From: a virus
DNA length: 64,000 bases
Virus record (IMG/VR): IMGVR_UViG_3300027754_005993
Coordinates: 53,773 to 117,772 of that record
Direction: 5' to 3' (one strand)
The translations under genes were made by a program, and so were the position numbers. The notes beneath the pieces are model-generated. The model searched no databases. It had not been told where the DNA came from and saw only the letters and a list, made by a program, of their open reading frames with translations. Shown piece after piece: positions 47,777-57,147 of this stretch; position 1 is the stretch's first letter, and each line of letters opens with the position of its first letter.

Positions 47777-48214
47777 ATGGCAACAACCGCACAATTTGTC
47801 GCATCACCTATAATTGATATCACACAAATTGGTCCTACAGCAAATACTGGAAGAACTGGTGGTGGAACTATTGGTACTGATATATTTTTAGTATGTTCTG
47901 GACCAACATTCTCTGGTGGATCTGGTGTTGGAAAAAGAATCACTCGCGGAGTAATTCATGGGGTCAGTGGAACTTCTAGCGGAATTGTAAGATTTTTTCT
48001 ATCTCCAGACAGTGGAACAACGCGAAGAGTCATATTGGAAAAACCAGTATATGGCACAACAGTTTCTTCCACTACTTCAGCATATAGAACAGAAATTCCA
48101 GAATTAGTTGGAATGGTAGTTCCAGGTGTAAGCGGAGCAAACGCATATCAAATATATGCTTCAACTCATGTAGCGGATACCTATAATATAATTATTGAGA
48201 GTGGAGTTCTATGA
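47777..48214 (+). CDS. Hypothetical virion-associated protein
   Basis: 145-aa ORF with AAGGA RBS in the fiber cluster. Confidence 0.6.
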   Translation: MATTAQFVASPIIDITQIGPTANTGRTGGGTIGTDIFLVCSGPTFSGGSGVGKRITRGVIHGVSGTSSGIVRFFLSPDSGTTRRVILEKPVYGTTVSSTTSAYRTEIPELVGMVVPGVSGANAYQIYASTHVADTYNIIIESGVL

Positions 48215-49218
48215 ATCAAGGGATATATGGATTTCCTTCTACAACTGGAATAGCATTACCAAATATAATCAGTATTACTGAATTTGACGCAAATGCATCT
48301 TACGCTATTCCGCCTACTGCTGCATCATTGCAGATTCTTTTAATTGGTGGTGCTGGTGGTGGCGGTGGTGGTGCTGCTGGAAATAATAACAATGCAGCTG
48401 GTGGTGGTGCAGGATCAGGTGGAAGCATTATATATCTTGACTGTTTGGTTGTGGAAGATCTTCCTTCAATAACACTCAATGTGACGATTGGTGCTGGTGG
48501 TGCTGGCGGTGCTAGTGCAATTCCAGGTACTAGATCTGCCACAAATGGTGGACCTGGTGGAAATTCTAGTATATCAATGTCTGGGTTTCCAGGATTATTC
48601 ATCAGAGCGCAAGGTGGTGGTGGAGGTGCAACTAGTGGAGCAACCACCCTTACAGCAGGTGGTGTTGCTGCTGGTGGTGCAAGTAAACAGTCAAATTTTG
48701 GATTTGTGAATACACCAAATTCAAGTGGGCAAAACGGTGGATTTTCTAATGCATTGCTTCCTGTTGTAATATCGGATGCAAGAAATAATAATGGTGCTGG
48801 TGGTGGTAGTTGTACTTCAGCATCCATTGCCTTCACAGGTGGGTCTATTGAAATAGCAACTAATGCAACAGTATCATCTCAACCAATTCTATATCATTTA
48901 AATTTACCACTTGTCGGTGCTGCTTTTGGAATAACAGCAGCGTTAGGTGGAGCTATAAATGCAGGTCCAACATTAGGTGCTGGACAAAACGGTACATTTA
49001 TGATTGGAACTAGTATGAAATTATTGGGTGGTGGAATTGGTGGTGCGGGTGGTGGTGGTAGTATTAGTGCTGGAGCAACCCAAGGTGGTGGTAATGGAGG
49101 CAATGGGTTTCGCGGTGGAGGCGGTGGAGGTGGAGGGGCAGCTAGAGCCACTGGAGTTCCTGGTGGAACTGGTGGGAATGGTGGAAATGGTTATTGTTGT
49201 ATAGTAGCAAAGATGTAA
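48211..49218 (+). CDS. Glycine-rich fiber-associated protein
   Basis: GGGGGG runs, IGAGG.GG, C-terminal GGNGGNGY...V. Confidence 0.7.
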   Translation: MNQGIYGFPSTTGIALPNIISITEFDANASYAIPPTAASLQILLIGGAGGGGGGAAGNNNNAAGGGAGSGGSIIYLDCLVVEDLPSITLNVTIGAGGAGGASAIPGTRSATNGGPGGNSSISMSGFPGLFIRAQGGGGGATSGATTLTAGGVAAGGASKQSNFGFVNTPNSSGQNGGFSNALLPVVISDARNNNGAGGGSCTSASIAFTGGSIEIATNATVSSQPILYHLNLPLVGAAFGITAALGGAINAGPTLGAGQNGTFMIGTSMKLLGGGIGGAGGGGSISAGATQGGGNGGNGFRGGGGGGGGAARATGVPGGTGGNGGNGYCCIVAKM

Positions 49219-49222
49219 AAAT

Positions 49223-50119
49223 ATGTCAGCACCAAGTCCATCATTAAATTCAGGAGCGATTGATCAATTCTATAATAGAGTTGCAATTGTTCGTTCTTCT
49301 GACAGCAGAGTTATTGATATTGTTGTGTCTGGTGGTTCTGTATTCCCAGATGCATATGGTGTGACAGTTGTTGCTATTTCAGTTTTATCTACTGAAACTT
49401 GTGAGATATATTGGATATATGATGAACTTGGTATTCCAAGATTTTATAGTGATGGAACAAATTACGAAAGATCTTTAGAAGTACCAATAACAGTATTTCC
49501 AGGTTCTATAGCAGTTGGAAATAATCCACCTATATCAGATCGTGGATTCTATGTTCAATTTCCAGATGGAACCACACAAGATAGTGCAGTAAATAGAACA
49601 AGACTTACAACATTCACTGCTATACAAGAATTTGCTGCTGGAATTTCTTCTGGTCAAATAATCGCAACAGATACAACTGATGGTGTTGGACTTATAGCAG
49701 CAAAAGCAATGTCTGGATCTAATTCCAGAATAGGTGCAATTCGTTTAGGATATGTCAATGGTACTTCACAGTACAATACATTGCTTCACAATTCATCTGG
49801 AACATTCACGATCTATAATGGATTCAGTTCAACTGGTTCCAACCTTTTAAATATCAGTTCTACAGTTATGAATGTAAATGTTCCAGTTTCTGGAATGACA
49901 TTTACTGGAAATATTTACGCACCTAATATCGTAAATTCAGTCAATGGTTGTACTGGAATACTTGGAATCACAGGAACAACGGGAGAGATAGAAGTAACAA
50001 GTATATGCCCCAATATTATCATTGGTCTTCCAAATAATGTAACAATTTCTGGTAATTTAAATGTTGGAGGGGATATTCAAATGTTTGGTTCCATATACAT
50101 AGACGGAGGGACTTACTAA
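49223..50119 (+). CDS. Fiber-related protein ending in IDGGTY
   Basis: FPDGTTQ motif; shares a domain with 52401..54503. Confidence 0.6.
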   Translation: MSAPSPSLNSGAIDQFYNRVAIVRSSDSRVIDIVVSGGSVFPDAYGVTVVAISVLSTETCEIYWIYDELGIPRFYSDGTNYERSLEVPITVFPGSIAVGNNPPISDRGFYVQFPDGTTQDSAVNRTRLTTFTAIQEFAAGISSGQIIATDTTDGVGLIAAKAMSGSNSRIGAIRLGYVNGTSQYNTLLHNSSGTFTIYNGFSSTGSNLLNISSTVMNVNVPVSGMTFTGNIYAPNIVNSVNGCTGILGITGTTGEIEVTSICPNIIIGLPNNVTISGNLNVGGDIQMFGSIYIDGGTY

Positions 50120-50120
50120 T

Positions 50121-51851
50121 ATGTCAACAATTCGAGTTAAACGATCAACATCATCTACTGCACCATCAGGCCTTACATTCGGCGAACCAGCGTTCGTTGA
50201 TGGAATAAATTCATTATATGTCGCAAAGAATGATGGAACATCATTGCGAGTTGGTGCAGAAATTGACACCACCGTTACTCTAGGCACTAGTGATAATAAG
50301 ATTCCAACCCAAAAAGCAGTAAAGGTCTATGTTGATAATAATATCGCAGGAGGTTCCATATCTTCATTGAATGGTCTTACTGGTGCGGTTAATATTTATG
50401 GTGGTTCTGGTGTCTCCGTTGCTGCTGCTGCTGGTGGAATAACCCTAACGAACACAGGCGTTGTATCTGCGGTTGCAGGAACAGGAATTTCCGTATCGGC
50501 GGCCACAGGAGCGGTCACCTTTACAAATACTGGTGTTCAGTCTGCGGTTGCAGGAAACCAAATAACAGTTTCTGGTGCTACAGGAGCAGTTACTGTTGCG
50601 GTAACTGCTACTCCAAGTTTCACCACAATCTCAACCTCTGGAGATGGTACGGTTGGTGGAAATTTAGTTGTTACTGGTAATCTGACAATCAACGGAACTA
50701 CCACCACCGTTAACAGCAATACGATGACCATAGACGATCCGCTGCTTACCCTTGGAACCTCGGGTGGTCTACCGATTTCCGCATCGGATTCAGGAAAAGA
50801 TCGTGGTATTGTATTTAATTATTATGATACTGCTGGTCGCACAGGATTCTTTGGTTGGGATGCAAGTGCTGCTGAATTCGTATTTCAGAAGAATTCAACG
50901 GTTACTGGTGAAGTGGTCACAGGAGTTTCCTATGGAAATCTTCATGTTGCAAGTTTAGTATTACAAAATGGTGCGGTTACACCAGATACGGTTATTGGCA
51001 GTGCAGCAGGAAATCAAACTCATACATTTAGAGATTACGGCGGAACCATTGTTACCGTCAATGGTGAACCCACAACAGGATATATTCTCAAGGGAAATTC
51101 TCTTGGAGCACACACTTGGCAAAACCCAAATGCCGCAGGATTTACTGCATTCGCAGCGACTAGTTTAGCAACTGCTCGTACATTCTCCCTGACAGGTGAT
51201 GTCACGGCAACTGGAATCACCTTTGATGGAACTGGCAATGTCACACTGTCCACAACGATTGCAGCTAATTCAGTAGCACTCGGAACTGATACCACAGGAA
51301 ATTATGCTCAAGATGTTAGTGTTGCTGGTTTAGGTCTTACTATAAGTGGTGCAGCAGGAGAAGGCACACAATACATCATAACATCTGGTGCGACTTCTGC
51401 AAATACAGCATCTCAGATTGTTGCTAGAGATGCTTCTGGTAATTTCACAGCAGGAACAATAACCGCAAACTTGACTGGAAATGTTTCTGGTAGTGCTGCT
51501 ACACTAACAACTTCTCGTACAATAGGTCTTACTGGCGATATATTTGGATCAGCATCCTTCAATGGATCTGCTGATGCAACTATTACTGCTACTATTGCGG
51601 CAGGATCCATTCTTGATGCAGATATTAATGCATCTGCTGGTATAGTAGATACTAAACTTGCTACTATATCTACTGCTAATAAAGTTTCTATATCTGCATT
51701 GGATATAGATGGCGCAACATCCGCAGGAAACATCGTAGGAGCTGACCTCTTGATTGTGGATGACGGCGCAAACGGCACAAACAGAAAAGTCACGGTTGAC
51801 AATCTATTCGGATCAACCAGCACTGCTATTGTTGATGGTGGAACATACTAA
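50121..51851 (+). CDS. Tail fiber protein (Mtd-N-like N-terminus)
   Basis: IRVKRS....P..L..GE, L.T.RT..LTGD repeats, RDASGNF.AG, VDGGTY end. Confidence 0.75.
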   Translation: MSTIRVKRSTSSTAPSGLTFGEPAFVDGINSLYVAKNDGTSLRVGAEIDTTVTLGTSDNKIPTQKAVKVYVDNNIAGGSISSLNGLTGAVNIYGGSGVSVAAAAGGITLTNTGVVSAVAGTGISVSAATGAVTFTNTGVQSAVAGNQITVSGATGAVTVAVTATPSFTTISTSGDGTVGGNLVVTGNLTINGTTTTVNSNTMTIDDPLLTLGTSGGLPISASDSGKDRGIVFNYYDTAGRTGFFGWDASAAEFVFQKNSTVTGEVVTGVSYGNLHVASLVLQNGAVTPDTVIGSAAGNQTHTFRDYGGTIVTVNGEPTTGYILKGNSLGAHTWQNPNAAGFTAFAATSLATARTFSLTGDVTATGITFDGTGNVTLSTTIAANSVALGTDTTGNYAQDVSVAGLGLTISGAAGEGTQYIITSGATSANTASQIVARDASGNFTAGTITANLTGNVSGSAATLTTSRTIGLTGDIFGSASFNGSADATITATIAAGSILDADINASAGIVDTKLATISTANKVSISALDIDGATSAGNIVGADLLIVDDGANGTNRKVTVDNLFGSTSTAIVDGGTY

Positions 51852-51872
51852 TAAATACTATGGAGGTATATA

Positions 51873-52397
51873 ATGGAAGAAGTGAATTATAATGATAAGG
51901 TCGTGCTACCATTCTTAGAGAAGAAGTGTAAAGACTTATTAAGTCTAAACCTTGTATTTGAGGCGAAGTTATTGATTGAGCAAAACAAGGTAAAGGACTT
52001 TGAGGCTTTTGCAAATCAAGAAAATGAAAAAGTAGAAGGTCTTGTCAATCAAATAGAGAATCTCAAACTCAATATAGAGAATATCAATAAATCTATCGGC
52101 GAGTATACATCTGCCAGAAACGATGCAGTAAATCAGTTGAATCAACTGCAACAGGATATGTCCAATCTGAATAATAGATTTATACGAGAAGAGTCAATGA
52201 AGAATAATGCCATTGGAGAATATGATATTCTACAGAAACGGTGTTCTGCTCTTGAACTTGAGAATTCGCAATTGAAGAACACTATTGCTGAAAGCAAAGA
52301 ACTAAATATTAAATATTCTGCTCTTGAAGTTGAGAATTCGGAATTGAAGAACACTATTGCTGAAAGTAAAGTTAAAAAACAAAAAGTAGCAGTGTAA
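51873..52397 (+). CDS. Coiled-coil protein
   Basis: Heptad pattern; 72-bp-spaced duplication SALE.ENS.LKNTIAESK; GGAGG RBS. Confidence 0.7.
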   Translation: MEEVNYNDKVVLPFLEKKCKDLLSLNLVFEAKLLIEQNKVKDFEAFANQENEKVEGLVNQIENLKLNIENINKSIGEYTSARNDAVNQLNQLQQDMSNLNNRFIREESMKNNAIGEYDILQKRCSALELENSQLKNTIAESKELNIKYSALEVENSELKNTIAESKVKKQKVAV

Positions 52398-52400
52398 CAC

Positions 52401-54503
52401 ATGGCAAAAGTTTTATTAAAGAATTCCTTTACATCAGCATCTGTTCCTGCTGGTCTTTCTGCGGGTGAACTAGCGGTAAATGTAACCGATAGAAAATTAT
52501 TTGTTGGAAATGCCGTTGGTGGCGTTGTTACTCTTATTGACCCAAATGCACTTGTAACTTCAGTCAATGGAGCAACTGGTGCAGTAACAAACATCAATGC
52601 AGCAACTGTCACTACCACATCGTCCAATAGTTCTTCTACATTTTATCCCCTATTTGCTGGAGGAGCAGGAAACACTGCACTCTATGTGGACGATGTCACT
52701 ACACCATTTACATATGTTCCAAGTAGTGGTACATTAAATATAAGAAATTTAAATGCCCTTAATGGAAACACGGGTACTTTCCTTACTACATCTAACTTAG
52801 GAGTAGTGAATTCTCTTGATAGTACTGAGTTATCTATAAGTGCTTTAAATCATGTACCATCCTCATCAAATTCTTTTACTGTCAGTTCAACAAATTCATT
52901 AAAATTATCAGGATCAACTGTGCAATTTTATGGATCTGGTTGGGGATATACATTCCCAACATCAAATGGAAGTGCTAATCAAGTACTGACAACCAATGGA
53001 GCAACCCCAGCAACATTGACTTGGTCAACACCATCGAGTGGTATTACAACGGGGACTGCAAATACATTCACCGCACTCCAAACATTCTCTGCGGGTATTA
53101 CCTCAACTACACTATATGCCTCTGCTGGTGTGACATTTAATAGCACATCAGCACACACAGGTCTTGGTACATTCTCTGCTGGTATTACCTCAACTACACT
53201 ATATGCCTCTGCTGGTGTGACATTTAATAGCACATCAGCACACACAGGTCTTGGTACATTCTCTGCTGGTATTACCTCAACTACACTATATGCCTCTGCT
53301 GGTGTGACATTTAATAGCACATCAGCACACACAGGTCTTGGTACATTCTCTGCTGGAATAATCGCAACAGATACAACTGATGGAATTGGTGTTATTTCCA
53401 CAAAAGGTGCGCTTGATACATCACCTGCAAGAAACGGCGCAATTCGTTTAGGATATGTCAATAGTACTCCGTCGTATAATATATTGCTTAACAATGCATC
53501 TGGACTTTTTACAATTTATAATGGATTTAGTTCAACTGGATCCAACCTTCTCAATATTAATTCAACAGTCATGAATGTAAATGTTCCAGTTTCTGGAATG
53601 ACATTCACGGGCAACATCTCAGCACCAAACATTGTTACTGGTATATCTGGAGCGACTGGACCTATTGGTTTAGTTGCTGGTACAAATATTACTATTGCTC
53701 AATCGGGAAAAACATTTACTTTTTCTTCTAGTTCTAGTGGTGGAACACAGGTAGGAGTCACATCATCTGGTCAATTATTTGATGTTAAGAGTTGGGCTTT
53801 TTCGTATTGTGATTTCCATGGCGGACCAGGACCATTTGGTACTGTTCTTGGTGCTAGTGGTGGAGATGTTGTTTATTATGTAGATTCACCAGGTTCTCAC
53901 ATTTTCACTAATTATCAAAAATATACTGGTGTGGCATCTTTAAGAACTGGAGCGAGTGGAAGTTATGTTGCATTGGGTTGTGTAACACCAAGTGCTTCAT
54001 ATAGCACAGCTGTTGGACCATTTAGTATGGGTCTTACATTTGAATTTAGAACAAGAATTAGTACTGATTATGGTAACGATTCTACGGCTACAAATAATTT
54101 TACTATTTATGCTGGTGTGGATGAACAGTCTGCTTTGTATCCAACTTTTAATACAAGTAATGGAGCAGCTTGTTGGTTTGAATATAATCACGCTTCGAAT
54201 AGTGGAAATTGGACTGCCAACCTTTGTGAATATTTTGGAAGAACTGCTTCTGTTGGTACTACATTTGCCTATACTAATGCTGATAATAAATTTGATATAA
54301 TAAGAGGTATGAGTGGTGGAACAGGACACTTCTTCATGTATATCAATGGTGTTACTGTTGCTGGATTTAGTTTCGACCAAGGACTCCTTGGACAAGGTCA
54401 AGGAAATGCCAGAATTGTTGTAAGACGAACTGCATCTGCTGCCAGTGTAACTAGAAGAACATTCGTAGATTATCTTTCTATACTTCAGCAAAGGGGTACA
54501 TAA
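52401..54503 (+). CDS. Tail fiber / receptor-binding protein
   Basis: P..L..GELAVN..D.KLFVG N-terminus, three 29-aa repeats, lectin-like C-terminal domain. Confidence 0.75.
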   Translation: MAKVLLKNSFTSASVPAGLSAGELAVNVTDRKLFVGNAVGGVVTLIDPNALVTSVNGATGAVTNINAATVTTTSSNSSSTFYPLFAGGAGNTALYVDDVTTPFTYVPSSGTLNIRNLNALNGNTGTFLTTSNLGVVNSLDSTELSISALNHVPSSSNSFTVSSTNSLKLSGSTVQFYGSGWGYTFPTSNGSANQVLTTNGATPATLTWSTPSSGITTGTANTFTALQTFSAGITSTTLYASAGVTFNSTSAHTGLGTFSAGITSTTLYASAGVTFNSTSAHTGLGTFSAGITSTTLYASAGVTFNSTSAHTGLGTFSAGIIATDTTDGIGVISTKGALDTSPARNGAIRLGYVNSTPSYNILLNNASGLFTIYNGFSSTGSNLLNINSTVMNVNVPVSGMTFTGNISAPNIVTGISGATGPIGLVAGTNITIAQSGKTFTFSSSSSGGTQVGVTSSGQLFDVKSWAFSYCDFHGGPGPFGTVLGASGGDVVYYVDSPGSHIFTNYQKYTGVASLRTGASGSYVALGCVTPSASYSTAVGPFSMGLTFEFRTRISTDYGNDSTATNNFTIYAGVDEQSALYPTFNTSNGAACWFEYNHASNSGNWTANLCEYFGRTASVGTTFAYTNADNKFDIIRGMSGGTGHFFMYINGVTVAGFSFDQGLLGQGQGNARIVVRRTASAASVTRRTFVDYLSILQQRGT
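53082..53356 (+). repeat. 87-bp near-perfect tandem repeat, three copies plus a partial
   Basis: Units start at 53082, 53169, 53256 and 53343 (TFSAGITSTTLYASAGVTFNSTSAHTGLG). Confidence 0.92.
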
Positions 54504-54508
54504 ACTTT

Positions 54509-54922
54509 ATGAGATACGCAATACTCCGAGATGACACTAGAGATTATGTGATTAATATAAGAGATACTGATATAGTATATGATTCAGATCAGTTAATATT
54601 ATTAAATGATGGTGAAGTATGTGGTAAATTTTATAGATATTTCCCAAATGAAACACCAAGATTTTTACCACCATTACCATACCATGTGTATACAACATTT
54701 CAATTTTTATTAAAATTTACTGCGGAAGAACGAGCAGCAATGCGATTGCTCGCACAAACGGATACTAGTTTGGCAGATTTTTTACAATTATGTCAATCCG
54801 CACAACAAATAGAAAATATCCATCCCATGACATTACAGGGAATGAATTATTTGGTTTATCTTAATATCATTAGTGAGCAAAGAAAAAATGAAATATTAGA
54901 TTTGAATGATAATAATGATTAA
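54509..54922 (+). CDS. Small protein after a fiber gene (possible fiber chaperone)
   Basis: F...FT.EER.A......D...DF......A..I..............I...R..EIL pattern. Confidence 0.55.
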   Translation: MRYAILRDDTRDYVINIRDTDIVYDSDQLILLNDGEVCGKFYRYFPNETPRFLPPLPYHVYTTFQFLLKFTAEERAAMRLLAQTDTSLADFLQLCQSAQQIENIHPMTLQGMNYLVYLNIISEQRKNEILDLNDNND

Positions 54923-54950
54923 TATCACTAATATTATCAATAGTTGACTC

Positions 54951-54978
54951 TTGACTTGAATTGTATTTATGGTATAAT
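54951..54978 (+). promoter_or_regulatory. Sigma70-like promoter (TTGACT-16-TATAAT, TGn) for the dUTPase operon
   Basis: ATG at 54985 lies 7 nt after the -10 box, no SD. Confidence 0.6.
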
Positions 54979-54984
54979 TGAGTT

Positions 54985-55503
54985 ATGGAATTAAAACTGT
55001 TTAAACTTCACAATAATGTCCATGAACCAAAATATGGTTCAGAGAATGCGGCATGTTTTGATCTCAGCGCATTTTTACATTATCAGGGATCAGTAAAAGC
55101 ATACACCAAAGAAAATGATCTTATGGAAATGCTTGTAACTCAGGATCCTGCTGGTAAGAATTATATTGATATTCCTGGTGAATGGAGAGTATTGATTCCT
55201 ACTGGATTGATCATGGATATTCCATGTAATCATTCTGTAAGAATTTATCCAAGATCTGGGATTTCTACCAAACAAGGGTTGAATCTTATTAATTGTGTTG
55301 GTATAATTGATTCTGATTATGTACATGAAGTTTTTATTCCTGTGTATAATACAGCACAGAAAAAGATCAGAATCTATGATAATGATAGAATTGCTCAGGG
55401 AGAAATGGTCTTTAATTACAAGACCTTAATTAATTTTACAAATGAAAGACCACTTGCGAGAGGTAATCGTGATGGTGGGTTTGGATCTACAGGAATACAA
55501 TGA
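54985..55503 (+). CDS. dut: Trimeric dUTPase
   Basis: AACFDL, IPTGL, PRSG, GIIDSDY, DRIAQ, RDGGFGSTG. Confidence 0.93.
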   Translation: MELKLFKLHNNVHEPKYGSENAACFDLSAFLHYQGSVKAYTKENDLMEMLVTQDPAGKNYIDIPGEWRVLIPTGLIMDIPCNHSVRIYPRSGISTKQGLNLINCVGIIDSDYVHEVFIPVYNTAQKKIRIYDNDRIAQGEMVFNYKTLINFTNERPLARGNRDGGFGSTGIQ

Positions 55504-56837
55504 ATACAGCAAAACTTGATGATGTTGTGAACTTTCTGAAGAAGTTCGCTGGTGATGATGGTATACCAATTATTGGTGGAACTGATTGGGAAGAGATGAA
55601 TACTCTCTTCAAGAAAGAAGAAATCAAAGAAGGAATGGCAGAATATATTTCAAAGTATTCTGTATTATTTCCTTTTAGACAAATTCCAATTGAAGACTCC
55701 GAAAAGAAATTTCGTGAACTTCGTGCTGCTCCGCATATGGAATTTATTATGCGTGAATCGGGAGAAGTCGTTGAAAAATATGAGGATTACAAATATCCAT
55801 ATTCAACTCATGGTAAATTTGTAATTTCATTTGGTCATTATTTCAATGACATTAGCAATTACTATCATCAACGCAATCGCTATGATTGCGGATCGCATGG
55901 ATTTGTTTCTCCAAATGAATACTGGTATTCTCCCGACCTACTCAAGAAAATGAATTGGACATTCTGGAGAATGGAAGATCGTGGAATCAATCATGGAAAG
56001 ATTCGTGGATCCTTTCGTCTTGGAGCATATGTTGCTACTCAGTTTAAACCACAAGTAGCAAAGACAATCTTTGATTTTGTTAAGTTCAAGGTAAAGGCTC
56101 ATCAATTCCGTGTTCTTGATTTTAGTATGGGGTGGGGAGATCGCCTTGCAGGATTTTATACATCAAAGGCGACTCAGTATCTGGGAACAGATCCAAATCC
56201 AAGTGTATTTCGTGTATATAAGGATCAGTGTATTGCATATGAAAAACTAATCAGTGGTAAGGATCCAATTATCACTGATTTTCAAAAAGAAGTGAATGGG
56301 CATTTCTATGATGCTTTCCGTTGCGTTGGTTCTTCTGGTAAAGAAGTGATTGTGTACAATGCTCCTGCTGAAGATATCCTTGATGTTGTTCGCGCTAATA
56401 AATATGATTGTATCTTTACATCTCCTCCATATTTTGCAACTGAACTATATGATGAGGGTGGAGATGATTGGAAACAGTCTTGGTTTCGTTACAGCGAATA
56501 TGACAATTGGTGGAATAAGTTCTACGCACCAGTAATGAAAGCGTGTTATGAATCCCTTACCGACAATGGAGCGATGATGATTAATATCATGGATCCACAT
56601 GTATATGGTAAACGATATAATACATGTGATCAGATGGTAGATTATATCAAGAGTCTTGGTGGAACATTTGATGGTCAGATTGGAATGAGAATCAAGCAGC
56701 GTCCAAAAAATGTTGATGCTGCTGATCTTAAAGAACATTTAACCACAACCTTTATTGAGAATATTTGGTGTTTTTCCAAGAATGGATTTGACTTATCCCC
56801 AGGATTTGCTACACTAGAAGGACTATTTGGAGACTAA
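55500..56837 (+). CDS. Amino (N4-C/N6-A) DNA methyltransferase-like protein
   Basis: Motif I VLDFSMGWGDRL, G.DPN, motif IV FTSPPYF..E.Y. Confidence 0.8.
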   Translation: MNTAKLDDVVNFLKKFAGDDGIPIIGGTDWEEMNTLFKKEEIKEGMAEYISKYSVLFPFRQIPIEDSEKKFRELRAAPHMEFIMRESGEVVEKYEDYKYPYSTHGKFVISFGHYFNDISNYYHQRNRYDCGSHGFVSPNEYWYSPDLLKKMNWTFWRMEDRGINHGKIRGSFRLGAYVATQFKPQVAKTIFDFVKFKVKAHQFRVLDFSMGWGDRLAGFYTSKATQYLGTDPNPSVFRVYKDQCIAYEKLISGKDPIITDFQKEVNGHFYDAFRCVGSSGKEVIVYNAPAEDILDVVRANKYDCIFTSPPYFATELYDEGGDDWKQSWFRYSEYDNWWNKFYAPVMKACYESLTDNGAMMINIMDPHVYGKRYNTCDQMVDYIKSLGGTFDGQIGMRIKQRPKNVDAADLKEHLTTTFIENIWCFSKNGFDLSPGFATLEGLFGD

Positions 56838-56838
56838 T

Positions 56839-57147
56839 ATGACTCGTGATGAACTTTTTAAAATGCATGAAGATATGTGTTGCTCTGCACTTGACCTTAT
56901 GAGAAAAAAGAATGCAGACTACGCTGGCAGTGGTAGTGATCCCTTTGCGAACTTTCGTCGTGCAGAAGCATTGGGGGTTTGCTCCACTGAGCAAGCATTC
57001 CTTGTTCGCATGACCGATAAGATGTCACGATTGACATCATTCGCCAGCAGAGGGAAATTGAGTGTTGAAGATGAAACCGTGTATGATACTCTAGAAGATT
57101 TGATCAATTACTCTGTGCTGCTTGCAGCATACCTAAAATCCAAATGA
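56839..57147 (+). CDS. DUF1599/Nmad1-like all-alpha nucleotide-modification-associated protein
   Basis: KKNADY, ANF, R..DK..RL, DTL.DLINY. Confidence 0.7.
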   Translation: MTRDELFKMHEDMCCSALDLMRKKNADYAGSGSDPFANFRRAEALGVCSTEQAFLVRMTDKMSRLTSFASRGKLSVEDETVYDTLEDLINYSVLLAAYLKSK

